DNA from: Rhizophagus irregularis
Lineage: Eukaryota
Direction of reading: 5' to 3'
Assembly (NCBI RefSeq): GCF_026210795.1
Contig: NC_089430.1
Location: forward strand, 2,604,001 to 2,668,000
Length of the DNA stretch: 64,000 nucleotides
Made by a program: the position numbers and the translations under genes. Below, one piece after another: positions 25,648 to 38,856 of the stretch (its first letter is position 1; the number at the start of each line of letters is the position of its first letter). The notes under the pieces were generated by a model. That model saw only the letters and a program-made list of their open reading frames with translations. It did no database searches and was not told the DNA's origin.

Positions 25648-27514
25648 TTTGACAGGCAATATTTAATTCTGAAAAAAATATTTATTATTATGCACAATTG
25701 AAAGTATTAATCATACATGATTCACATCCTTTTTATAATAAAAGTGTTTGATCGTATCTTATGATCTTGTAATTATCGGATGATCAATTACATGACAAAA
25801 ATCAGGCAATCAACCTGAAAAGTAAAATATTAAACACAAGATCCTTTCAAAACATTTGAATATGTAATTGGTTATTAATTTGCAAATCCAGAAATCATTC
25901 CATTTTAAAGTTCGGCCACGACCGAAAATAGCATGTCCAGAACTTACTTCAATAATTTCTTCTTTTTTAATTAATGCATTTTTTCTGCCATATCATTCTT
26001 TAAGTTTAAAGATAATAAGTATTACTGCTCAGGTGGATATATGGTCAAACGAAAAGATATATTTAGTTTTCTGAAATAAATGCAGTTGTTTCGAGTTTCG
26101 ACGAAAAAAAAAGTCACGTGGATAATTGATTGAATTTTGAATTTGATTAACGAAGCATGTTTTTAAATAGTTCAAAGAATTTATCATCATAATGAGTTCT
26201 AGCTTGCTTATGCGACTATAACCTTTTAAGGAAAAATCCCAAGAAAAAGAGAATACAATGCTATTATATTAAAAATTATGAAAAATTTTGTAATAACAGC
26301 TTGAAATGATATGTACAGTACAGGAATTTTTCATCGAAGAATACTTCGCGCTAGATTTTCTACCATTGTTGCTACTGTAATTAGTATGCATCATATTTTT
26401 AAAAACTTTAATTACCACCCGCTAAATCAGATAGATCATTCCGACTAAGAAAGACGAGAAAATTGAGCGGTTACAATTTCTCTCTATATTATTATTATGA
26501 TGTTGATGCAAAAAATTTATTTACATTCTTTTACGCAATCAATCTAATCTGTTTGTTTATACAGTATACATATATATAGATATAGATATTAACAATCCAT
26601 TAACTCGGATTAAGAATATAAATTGATCATTTCCTAAATTTTGACATCAAAGTTGACATATCATTCAAAGTAATAATCTCTTATCAACAAAAGAGCCAGT
26701 CCTTTAAGAAATAACAGTTGCTTTACATGCCTAGTGTCAAGAATTGCATGCTTTTCGCATTATTGATAATCCCGTTTCAACATTCAGAAATTTTTTTTTT
26801 CTAACAATTATTAAATATATTTTTATTTTATTATTTTATTATTGTATACAATAAATACTTCTACGTCATAGATAAAGAAAAATAAAGCCAGTTTCACTTA
26901 AAATGTGTATTTCTACTAGGAAAAGTTATTCACATTGACAACGGAAAAGGAATTCCGGGAATTTGTCTGGAATTTGTCCAGATAATATCTGAATAATGTC
27001 ATATTTCGGTACGTTTTCCGGACGTTTTCTGCAAATTCCTATTATCGAAGCCTTACCTAAGTAAAATTTTAAAATTTAATAATTATGTTTATTATACCTA
27101 GTTATTTTATTTATTAGTACAAAAGATAAAATTTATTTTACAATAGTTTAGTACTTTAATAACTTCATAACTATCAGAATAATATTATTTTTAGAATTTT
27201 AAAAATTGCTCAATAATGGTTGATCGTAACTTTAGTGTTATAAGCTTTATTTAATAAGTGCTCTAATTATTTGAAATTATTTGAGAAAGATGTTTTGTAC
27301 GCGTTTCTAAAAGAGTGACATTATCCTGCCCGTATTATTCATTAATATCAAACTTGTTCTGTAGTATTATTCATAATTATATTAATCTTTTTTGCCGGTT
27401 TTGCCGGTTTTTACATGATATAACTCGTAAGGATAAATCAACGAGTTGTTATATACTGCATAACTGACTCTTTAGGCACGAAGAAATGTTATATATTTTT
27501 AGATGAGTTTGAAA

Positions 27515-27596
27515 TTACAAATTGAAGATTTATCTGATGTTAAATCTAAAGTTAATTATAAGGAATCATAAATTGAAAATTTATTTGAATTTTTTG
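27515..27596 (+). pseudogene. Tiny relic of the VIT-vWA last exon
   Basis: caaattgaagatttatctgatgttaaatctaaagttaattataaggaatcataaattgaaaatttatttgaattttt aligns by eye with copy 1 at 3372-3450 (QIGSVFDDSKSEVNHKESQIENLFGF). Confidence 0.6.
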
Positions 27597-28125
27597 TAAT
27601 ACATTTCCAACATTTACGGAAATCAAAGCAACTTGATAATTTCCATATTTTGAGGCTATGAATTCCGTGAATATGATACATTTACAGAAATAACATTGAA
27701 TAAAAAAAAACACGGAATAAATTTATATTCGGGTATGAGTATCCAAAATTGAATATTCCGCAACGATAAATTATTATCTTCGTTTGTTTGCGTTAACATT
27801 TAAGCGACATTTCTTGCAGAAATTAATAAAAATGATATTAAAGCTAAGTTTTTAAAGCAAAAAAAGCATCAAATAAATTTCTATCATACAAAAAAAAATA
27901 TTATTTTTATTGGAAAGTTCTTAAACATGCGAGCATTGTTGAGTCAAACTTACACTCATCGAGTAAGTTGATGACGATCTTATTTTAAACGCCTAAAATT
28001 TAGCCAAATTGGCCTAAATGGGTTAATGAATGACGTATAAACTTTATAAATTCAAAAATAAATACTGTATTTATTTATATCTCACTTAAACTTGATTCAA
28101 CTTCTATTATATATTTTTTCCCAAA

Positions 28126-31100
28126 ATGCAAATTTACGGACTCTGCTTTGTTGTTGAACGAGAATTAAAACCAATTCCTTTACAAAATGTTGCTGTTGAA
28201 GCCAATAGTAAGTTGTTGTAATTATTTTAATTATTTTAATTATTTTTTCATTTTCGTTATAATGATATTCCCTAAATTGCAATTTTTTTTTTAGTCGTTG
28301 ATATGATCGCTGAAGGTTCGTTAAATTTATCGAATAAAAATTCTATTAGGATTATAGTTTATATAGTATTAATCTATTTTATTTTTATAGTTACGATCAG
28401 CCAGACTTACAAAAATGTTGAAAAAAATACCATTGAAGCTCTCTATAAATTTCCTATTTATGAAGCCGCAGCAATCTGCGGCTTTGAGGCGGAAATTGAT
28501 GGACAGAGAAAAGTAAAGGGTATCGTAAAAGAATCAAAAGAGGCCGCCAAAGAATATACTGAAGCAGTTCAGGTTATATCTGATAAATTTAAATAATTTC
28601 AAAGTTTATGTATATATAAGTTAAATTGATTTTCATTTTCTTGAAATGATTAGGAAGGACATGGTGCTTATTTGTTAGAATCTGAATCTGAAGATGTTTT
28701 TCAATGTTCTGTTGGAAATATTACGTCAGGACAAACCGTAGTCATGAAGATTACATATGTTACCGAACTTAAACATGATTCTGAATCTGAGAATATTCGA
28801 TTTGTTCTACCAACTAATATCGCTCCAAGATATGGTTCTTCGGAATATTCATCATCTTCAAATGATGGAAAAATTCTTAATCCTGATGTTGTGTCTTATT
28901 CTAATAAAGCAGATTTTTATTTAAATCTTGCTATTACTTGTAGAATGACTTCAACTATTCAAAATATTGAATCACCTTCACATAAAATTTCTACTGAAAT
29001 GAATATTGATGAAAATCCTAAAATATCTAAAATTACTTTAACTCAACAAACTACTTATTTAGAAAAAGATTTTATTCTTGTAGTTAAAAGTAAAGACCTT
29101 GATCAACCTCGGTAAATATTTTACGTAATTATTTTTTTATTTTTTATTTTAATATAAATAATTAAAATTCTTTATATTTCTTTCAGAGCTTTTGTTGAGT
29201 ATAATCCTGAAACAAAAACTAACTGTGTTATGTTAACTTTGGTTCCAAAACTCTCATTAAATACTACCATATCTGAACTAGTTTTTGTTGTTGATAGGTA
29301 TGATATAATTTAATTACCAAGTGAAATTTTCTGTTCAATTAATAAAAAAAAAAATTTAAAAAATTTTTTAATTAGATCGGGATCAATGAGTGTTGAACCT
29401 ATGAAAAAAGCTGCACAAGCACTTGAATTGTTATTACGCTCACTTCCTGAAGATTGTTACTTTAATGTAATTTCTTTCGGATCTCATTATGATTCTCTTT
29501 TTCCAAAAAGTCAATCCTATTCTGAAACATCTTTATCTGAAGCTCTTAATCTTGCTCAAACAATGAAATCAAACTATGGAGGAACAGAAATTTATAGTGC
29601 ATTAGAATGGGTATTTGAAAATTCAAGGGATGATATACCAACTTCTGTATTCCTTCTTACAGATGGTGAAGTTTGGAATGTTGATCAAATTGTAAGACTT
29701 GTAAGTCAAAATGAAGAAAAAAAGAAAGATGTTTTACGTCTTTTTTCATTAGGAATAGGCGATTCTGTTTCTCATAATTTAGTTGAATCTGTTGCTCGTG
29801 CTGGTAAAGGATATGCTCAATTTGTAACAAATGATGAAAGAATGGATAAAAAAGTCATTGGAATGTTAAAAAATGCATTAAAACCACCAGTTAAGGATTA
29901 TAATATTACTTGGACCAATGTTGATCTATCGGAATCAAAGGAAAAGAAAGAGTTACAAGCGGAAGTTAAATCCGCTACTAGTTTTACGAATGATAATACA
30001 GAATCACCATCACAAAGTGATATATTCATTGATACTAAAGTTCAACAAGCTCCATATATTATTCCACCTATTTATCCTGGTGTTCGATTTATTGTTTATT
30101 GTATTTTGGAAAAAAATATTGAACCACGTAAGATTATTACTTTAAAAGCTACTTCCCAAGACGGCCCTATGAAACTTGATATTCCTTTGGATCCAGTTAC
30201 TTTACAAGGTTCAAAGATTCATAGATTAGCGGCAAGGAAACTTATTCAAGATCTTAATGATGAAAAATCATTTATTCATAAACATCCTAAAAATGCTGAT
30301 AAGCATATCCCAGATTCATTAGTTAAAGAACATATTGTTAAACTTGGTAAAACTTATAATTTAGCTTCAAAATATACAAGGTATAATTGTATTAAATTAA
30401 TAGTATTTATTATAATTTAATTATATTTTTTACTTATTTTTTATATTTTTTTTATTTGTAGTTTTATTGCAATTGATGAAAGAAACAATGAAACTGTATC
30501 TGAAGCACGAACAATTCCACAGAAAAGGGAAGTTCCCCAGTTTTTTGCAGGAAAAGCTAGCTTTTTTTTAGCTTCTTCAAGTATGAATATTAGTGGTCCA
30601 GGTAAAAAAAATTGTATTATGTATTTTTTTTTTTTAAAAAAAAAGAGAAAAAATTTAACATTAATTAATTTTAATATTATAAATTAAGCGAGGAAAGCGA
30701 AAAGATCATGTACGTATACTTATTTTATAATTTATTAAAAAAAAATTTTTGAACCAAAAAAAAGATTAATCGAATCGAATATTTACATAATTTATTAGTT
30801 GCCGTTGGATTACAGCAAGAGTCGGTATACATGTTTTATTATATTATTTTAATATGAAAGGGTTATTGATATAAAATTTTTTTTTCCAATATAGTACTCC
30901 ATTGCAAGTTACGCCAGCAGCACTACAGAAAGTTAACGTTAATCATAAAGAGCCAAAAATTGAAAATTTATTCGAGTTTTTAGGATTACAATCTTTTGAT
31001 GGTAAATTCTTGCCAAATAAATCATTTTATGAATTTTTTTATAAAAATGATTTGAATGATTTCATCAATTTAAAACAAGAAATTGAAAAAGAGATTGGTA

Positions 31101-31324
31101 AGACTGATGTTGAGGAAATATTAAGTACTTGTATTGCTATTTCTTATCTGGAAATTATTATGTTTGAAAAATTTAAAGATGAAAGTGAAATGTGTCATGA
31201 AAAAGCTGAAAAAGCTTTAAAGAAAATGGTAGAAAATGAAGGAAAAGGAAAAATTATTATTGAAAAATCTAAAGAATGGATTAATAATTGGATTAATAGT
31301 GATAGCGAAAAGAAAGAAGAATGA
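28126..31324 (+). CDS. VIT-vWA (VWA5A-like) protein, array copy 4
   Basis: ATG at 28126, conserved exons and MIDAS. The linker is encoded by the end of exon 30462-30601 plus microexons 30689-30709 (21 nt) and 30799-30820 (22 nt). Last exon 30895-31324 is in frame. Confidence 0.9.
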
Positions 31325-32895
31325 ATTATATAATAGTTTTGTTCTCTTCTTTTAATAAGCAATAACGTTTATTTTTATTCATTTTATATAGTATAATATT
31401 AAATATTTTATGTTTTTTAACTGTATAATTAAAGTATTGATTTATCTTTATGCATATTGATTAAAATTATTTTTTTTTCGTAAGAATATTAAATTTGAAT
31501 AAAATAACACTAAAATAGCGAGCAAAAAAACTAAAAAAGTTTTTTGACTCTCGAGTCAAAACCACAGTGCGAGCAAAAATCTGGTTGTAATTTTGCCTGA
31601 CTCGGCCGAAATTATTATAATTTTGGCCAGCATTGCACTTAAGTCTGTTTAATTATGTCAATTTAAACCTTCATTTACTCGGTATTTACCTTTAGATAAT
31701 TGAAGCGAATCAGCCAATAAGCTTTCTAGAATAAAAAATTCCGTTTTATCATTTCCGAATAATATAAAATTTCTAACATATCAAATAAAGTACATCCCGA
31801 GATGTAGTATGTCACTTAGAAGACTATTAGCTATATATATAGTATTAGTAGTATGACACTATGTTATTATAAAAATAACAAAGGTTAAAGGCTTGTGATA
31901 AGGGTTTCGGGATTATTTCTTAGAAAAGAACTCGAACATTCGCCGAAGAAATTTTGATCTATATTTTGTTACAACTATTCCCTTATAGATATTTCGATAA
32001 TAGATTGATTCATTATTATTTCAAAAGAAGTTAATAGTGAAGGTTTTATCGAATGTGTGGAATTATTTTCTGGAATGTATACTGATTACTGAATAAATGG
32101 TATAAGTAATTTCATAGTATGCCACAGTTGGCATAGTATATCATTGGTCATTGATTTACTAATAAACATCATCGGCCGAAATTGATTTGAATCAAATTTT
32201 ACCATGTAGAGTAACAACATATTGAGGGCAGCGAAGACAGTTAACTATTTGTTTTTAGGAAAACTCCGGGTTACATTCGGACGTGGACCTCATTTTCGGA
32301 AATTTACGTTTGTCATTCGTCCTTTTCGGAGGTTTTTTTCAGTAAATTATTGAAGGTTCCTTCTTGACATAACTCATTATTATAATTGAGCAAATAAGAA
32401 GGGTATAGACTAATCTTGTATGACTTAATTAAAAAAACTGTACTGTATGTTGTGCATCCAGATTCATTCTTAATATCTCTTCTTATAAGGTTAATTCATA
32501 AACATTTTTTTTTTGTTTTGATTGTCCTATTAAAAAAACCAGTATTACGAAAATGGCGCAGATCCGCAGATGTTATTCCTTTTTTGTCTGTCGTGTACCC
32601 AAGTACAAATTAACCATATGGAAAAATTCAATTTTCCATAAAGATGATTCTACTTTCTTTTTAGAATAATTCTATTCGACTAAATAATATTACAGACATT
32701 GTTATATTATTATATGTTTTTTTTTTCCGGAATTAATTAATATTATTATCCGTTTAATCGAGATAAAAAAAAAAGTATAAATTTTGCGTGAAAAATTATA
32801 AAACTTTTTTAAAACAAAAAAGAAAAAAACAAAAGAATTTTTTTTTTTTAAGTTTCCTCCTCTTCCTTTTTTTTTTTTGATAATAATAATAAATT

Positions 32896-35254
32896 ATGTC
32901 TCAAGAAAGTGTAAAAAGAGTGATTAATAGTACCAACGTAAATACGGTGATAGAACGTGCATTAAGCATAACAGATACGACAATTAATAGTTTTGGAGCA
33001 TCAAAAGTATCAGATTCAATATCACCATTTTTACCATTAATAACAGAAGTATCAAGGTTAACATCAGATATAATTAATATTTATCAAACAGCAGAACATA
33101 ATAAAAGGATATGTGGATCATTATTATCAAGAACTACAGCCGCAGAAACCGCCGTAAAAAATTTAGAAATACGTAGATTAGAAAATGAATCATTATTTAA
33201 ATCAAAAGAATATTATAAAAATTTTCAAAGATTAGTTATTATAGTAGGTAAAATAAAAAAATTTATTGAAGAAATTTCTCAAATTAAAGGTTTAAGAAGA
33301 TTTTTAGCTGCTAATAGTATAGAAAAAGATTTTTTTGATTTAACTAATGAATTTGAAGGTTTAATGAGAATTTTAAATTTTTCTATTGCTGTTACTAATC
33401 AAATTCAAATGGAAGAAGATAAAAAAATTTTGAGTCATGATATTAAGGAAATGAATAAGGTAATTAATGAAGAAATAAGTTTCTTGTTTTTAAATACTTT
33501 TTTTTAAAAAAAAATTTCCTAATTCCTAAGATTTTTTTTTTAAAAAAAAATTATAGTATATACATGATATTGAAGGAGGTATTGCTAATGAAGTATCAGG
33601 AATTAATGCTAAATTAGATGATATTACACAATGGAATTTAGCATGGCAAAAAAAATTACTTTCAAAAAATGAGGATATCATAGCTGATGCAACTATTCCA
33701 ATGAATGAATTTTCTGATCCATCTGAAATGGTTAAACGTGGTAATAAAGTAATTAAAAAATTACGTAAAGGGGAAGAAGTAGCATTAAAGAAAAGAATTT
33801 TTGATAAAGAAGAAAAGAAACAAATTAATGATATATTGAGTCAAGTAACTATATTAAAAAAACTTAAAGAATCAAAATATATAGTAAAATTTTATGGATT
33901 TGTTAATGAGGAAGAAATAATGTATATGGTAACTGAATGGTTTGAATATGGTAATCTTAAAGAATATTATACAGATTATGGACCACTTGGTTGGCTTGAA
34001 AAATCTCAAATTGCTATTGATATTTCTCGTGGATTAACTTTTTTACATACCGTATCCATATTACATCACGATATACGTTCAGAAAATATTTTAATAACTC
34101 GTCATCGTTGTGCTAAATTAGCTAATTTTACTTTAAGTCGTGGATTTAGAGATTTTAGTACTCATGTTAAAGCAACTATTGATAATGTAAGATGGATGGC
34201 TCCTGAAAAATTAAAGGATCATAATAATCCTTATACTGCAAAATGTGAAATTTATAGTTTTGGTATGGTATTATGGGAAATTGCTGAAGGAAAATTACCA
34301 TTTCAAAGGGAAAATGATATAGTACAAATAAGAAATCTTGTAGTTAATCAAAAATATAGACCATCATTCAGTCTTGGTGTACCTAATGAATGGGTTAAAA
34401 TTGCATATCAAGGTATTATAAATCATGATTTTTATTATCTAAAATTTTGATAAAATATATAATTATATAAATACTATATATTTTTTTTTATTATTTAGCT
34501 ATGCAAGATAGTCCAAGCGCAAGACCTTCTTTAAAAGACATATTTATGACATTAAATGATGTTTATCAAATTCATAAACCAAAGAAAACTCCGACTTCTT
34601 CCCCAATTTGTAGTCCTTCTCAATCAGATTTACCAGATCCTGATGATTTAGAATTATCTTTAGATTTAAGTGTAATTGATATTGATACATTGAGTATTAA
34701 AGAAGCTATTGCAGAACATAAGAAGAATGGAGATAGATTAAAAGCATGGAAAGCCTTTTGTCAACACTCTGAACTTGATGATATGCTTGCCAAGTAAGTA
34801 ACCTGATACTTACTTTTTTTTAAAATCATATAAATACTAATATTTATATATTTTTAAATTTAGATATTGGAAAGGATATTATTTATATTATGATTTATGT
34901 CCAATAGAAGATCCTGAAGATAAAAATGCAAAACAATTAAGAGTTAAACAATCTGTAGAATATTTTAAAGAAGCAGCAGATTTTGGTTTAGCAGATGCTC
35001 AATTGAGATATGGACATTGTTTATGGTCAGGTGAAGCCATTAAAAGGGATATTAAAGAATCCATAAGATATTTTCAAATGTCAGCCGATAATGGTAATCA
35101 TACTGCTATGTATAATATTGGTAATATATTATATAATGGTATTGGTGCTAATAAAGATGAAGAGAAAGGTAGTAATTATCTTAGGTTAGCCGCTTTATCG
35201 GGTCAACCTAAAGCTATTGCTATGTGTAAAACTAAAGGTATTAAATTAGCTTGA
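32896..35254 (+). CDS. MLKL-like N-terminal helical bundle + TKL (pseudo)kinase + Sel1-like repeats
   Basis: Exon 1 (32896-33459) reads PFLPLITEVSRLTSDIINIYQTAEHNKRICGSLLSR...KIKKFIEEISQ, an MLKL-NTD/HeLo-like pattern. The kinase has VALK, HHDIRSEN, NFT in place of DFG, and WMAPE. The C-terminus has Sel1 repeats (AADFGLADAQLRYG; SADNGNHTAMYNIG). Confidence 0.85.
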
Positions 35255-35819
35255 AAATGCAATTAAGAAGCGAATAGGTAAGATTTATATATTGATTGAT
35301 TAAAATTATATTATATTATATCGAATACAGTATATCAAATATATAAAAGTTATTATATTAAGTTTTTAGACATATATTGTATATTCTCTTTTGTTATATA
35401 GATTTGATTTTCATTGACAATAAACTGAGTTAAAACAAGTAGTAAATTACTCCATAAGTTGTGATGTTTAATTATCAGTAAAATTGCCTACGTTAGAACA
35501 ACCGTTCCACTTCATTCATGCACTCGCTAATATTACAAATTTATAATAAAATGAAATATGTACACTACTTCGTAATATTAAAAATAAAAACAATAAAATT
35601 AAATATATTTATAAAAATCAATGAAATAAGATATACTTTAAACTAAAATAATTAATTTTAGAAAATTGACTTTTGCAATAATATCTTTAGTAAAAAAAAA
35701 ACACCTCAAATATTCTTTTAATGCGTTCTATTATTATTAAAATAAAAGATATCTTTTATTAACTTTATTCAAAATGAATTGTAAAGAAAGATATAATAGA
35801 CTCACCTATAAAATAATAT

Positions 35820-37729
35820 ATTATTTCAAAGAATTTCGATTTTTGTTCTGCTTCATCTAACAAATTACCGGTATGATAGATAAATAATATTAATATAATA
35901 TTACGTATAAAAGTAATCAAACTTTAAAATTATACCTTCGGAAGTGATTTCCAAATCTAAATAAAAATTTGAATTGTTATATTAATACAAAGATTATAAA
36001 TATAATATAAATATAATATTAATATATTATAATTAAACTTACTACGAGTATGAGGTATATTGAAGTCATATGGTCTGCTATGAAATGCTACAAAAAAATA
36101 AAATTTTTTGTTAAATTTACATTTACATATATATATTAATGTTAATGTTATAAAAAAAAATAATAATAATTACGTTCTAGTTCTGTTAAAAAAAAAGAAT
36201 TTTTTAATTTTTAAATATGTAGTTAAAAATGGTTAAAAGTAATAAAAGATAATAAATATTATAATTACCTCCAATCGCATTTACTGGTTCTGGTAAGTTT
36301 TTAAATCGATGAAGTTTACTACTGGTTGATAATGAATGTAACTTAGAACTTGAACTAGGTTGAAAATTTCGGGGAAACAATAAAATAGGAGCTAATAAAA
36401 ATTCAGGCTCAGTGTAAGAGTTTTTCCACATTTTTTCAATCTCATTAAAAAGAGTATCAATATCGGGTCTTTGTAAGGGATCAGCATCTAAACATTTTTT
36501 CATTAATTCTTTATATTCTGATGGAATCCCTGATATGTTTCGTGGTCTCAAACCATTAACTATACCCATTGCAAGATAAAAATCATGTTTACAATTATTA
36601 AAAGGTGTTTGTTCCGATGCAATTTCCCACATGAGCATACCAAAACTGTATATATCAGATTTAAAAGTACTTTCTTTTCTAATTAAAACTTCAGGTGCTA
36701 TGTAAGGAAGATTTCCATATACACTGTTTAGTGATTTATCAGCAGGTCCACAAAATCCGAAATCACTTATATACCAATAATTTTTGGATTTCAGATATAG
36801 AATGTTTCCGGAATGCAGATCTCTATGAATCGCATTATTACTATGAATACTATGAAGCGCATCTACAATATCATAAGATATTTTTATTTTTTCTTTCCAC
36901 GTAAGCGGATGATGATTATTTAAATATTTTTTTAAATTCGTATCCATTAATTGCATCACAAGCATATAAACTCCATTTTTTGGCTCTTGGGTTAACCCAT
37001 AACATTTAACGATCTCAGTACTTTTGTTCCCAATAGTTAAATGAACTTTTGCCTATAAATATATATATAATATTTATAAATTAGTCATTAGTTAAAATGT
37101 ATTTTTACATATAAAGTAAATTGAAATAATATGACCTCTTCGAACCAACTTCTATTAGCATTTAAAACATTTATCAATGTTTTAAGTATTACTTTATGAG
37201 ATCCGGTTCTTTTTAATTGCTTATTGACTTGATCCCACTCGATGTATTGTCCGTCAATCCAATCTGCTGTATAAATTTCAGAACAACCGCCTCTAGTCAA
37301 ATATTCAATATTTTGTAGTTTTTCGTATGGTATCCATTCAAGTATTTTGTTTGGACGAAATGATTCTTCTTGACATCTTTGTAATAAACTATCAATATCA
37401 TTATTATTAGATGTCCAATTCGAAAAATTATTTTTCAAAAAGATTCGAATACAATGTTCACAATATAATGTGGCTAAACATTCTTTTTGACATTCTTTAC
37501 ACAATCTTTTTGTTCCCGTATTGTAAAGTACTTTAAAATAATCGTAATCCTTAGTCAATATTTTTATAGCTTCGATTTTTTCATTTTCATTAAGAGTTTC
37601 ATCGTTAAGAACCGTTTCCTTTTTAAATTCATAACGGCTATCTATGTTTTTGTATTTTTCAAAATCCGTCAAAGAATCCGCTTTATCGAGCGCTGCATAA
37701 ACTAAATTTTTTCTAATAATACCAGCCAT
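35820..37729 (-). CDS. TKL-type protein kinase with Cys-rich (CxxC) N-terminus; 3' end approximate
   Basis: GGCSEIY, VILK, HRDLHSGN, DFG, YIAPE and SDIYSFG are all intact. Small tail exons include a 9-nt exon at 36174-36182. Confidence 0.9.
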
Positions 37730-38856
37730 TAAAGAATTTTTTTTTTTCGTTACGTGAAAATGCTGTGGAATTATTTTTCTTTTATATCTGTTATCACGGC
37801 TTACATACTCCGAATTTTAAGACAAACAAACAAACAAATGAAAGATTTAGGCAATCACTTCAATGGATTTGTAGATCAAATCAACTGAAATAGCATTAAT
37901 TAAAGGTTAAAGTTGTCGTGTCACAATAAATTAAGTTATTGTTATTACAAAAGTTTATACATCATACTCATTTACTTGAAAATAATATTTAATTATTTAT
38001 TACATTCAATTCTTTTCGTTTTAAACATGCGCATGATTTTTTTTTAGCTATAATTATCGGTTCATTATCGTTAGAGTTTTAATATCAAGCACCTTATTCA
38101 TTATTATTATCAATGTAAATGAATATTGGAAGTTCCCAATTTTATAAATAAAATAATTAATAATTCATGTTTCATCATACAAACTGTAAACAAAACCATA
38201 TTTATTGATCCTTAAGTAGAGTTTCATATTATCAATGCAATGAAAATCAGGTTCCGATTTTATATAAATCACAATTAATAAGTTTTGGTTACACTACTTT
38301 TTGTGATTTTATTGCTGTTGTTATCAATTATAGTTATTTGGCTAATCGTAATCGTTAAGGGTTTTTTTTATTAAATTGAAGTTTCCAAATTTATACAAAA
38401 TATAATTTATAATAATTCGTGTTACATCTTACAATCTCAGTTTTGTAATAATTCGTTAAGTTCATTATTTAATTACTATATAAATTACATCTAATTCTAA
38501 TAACTTGAAAGAAATTTATCATTTTTTTACCATTTATATAATTAATTTGCCTATAATAAATATTATCCATTTATCCATCTAATCTAATTTCTTTATCCAT
38601 CTATCCCTTAAATTAATCATTAATTTTCATCTAATCTAATTTTCTTTGTTTTATATAAGTAAATAATGGCCAAATTAAAATACTTTGACAGATTTTTAAT
38701 ATTTGAAAGAACATTGCTAGAAAAAGGATCAAAATAACAAATTTTGTAGTGCAGTGATCAATCATTTTTTACTAAAAAAAATCGGTTAACAGTTGTCCCT
38801 TTTTCTAACACTCGCCCATATTTTTTAGTCGTTAGCCTTTATCGCCCGCGTAGCAT

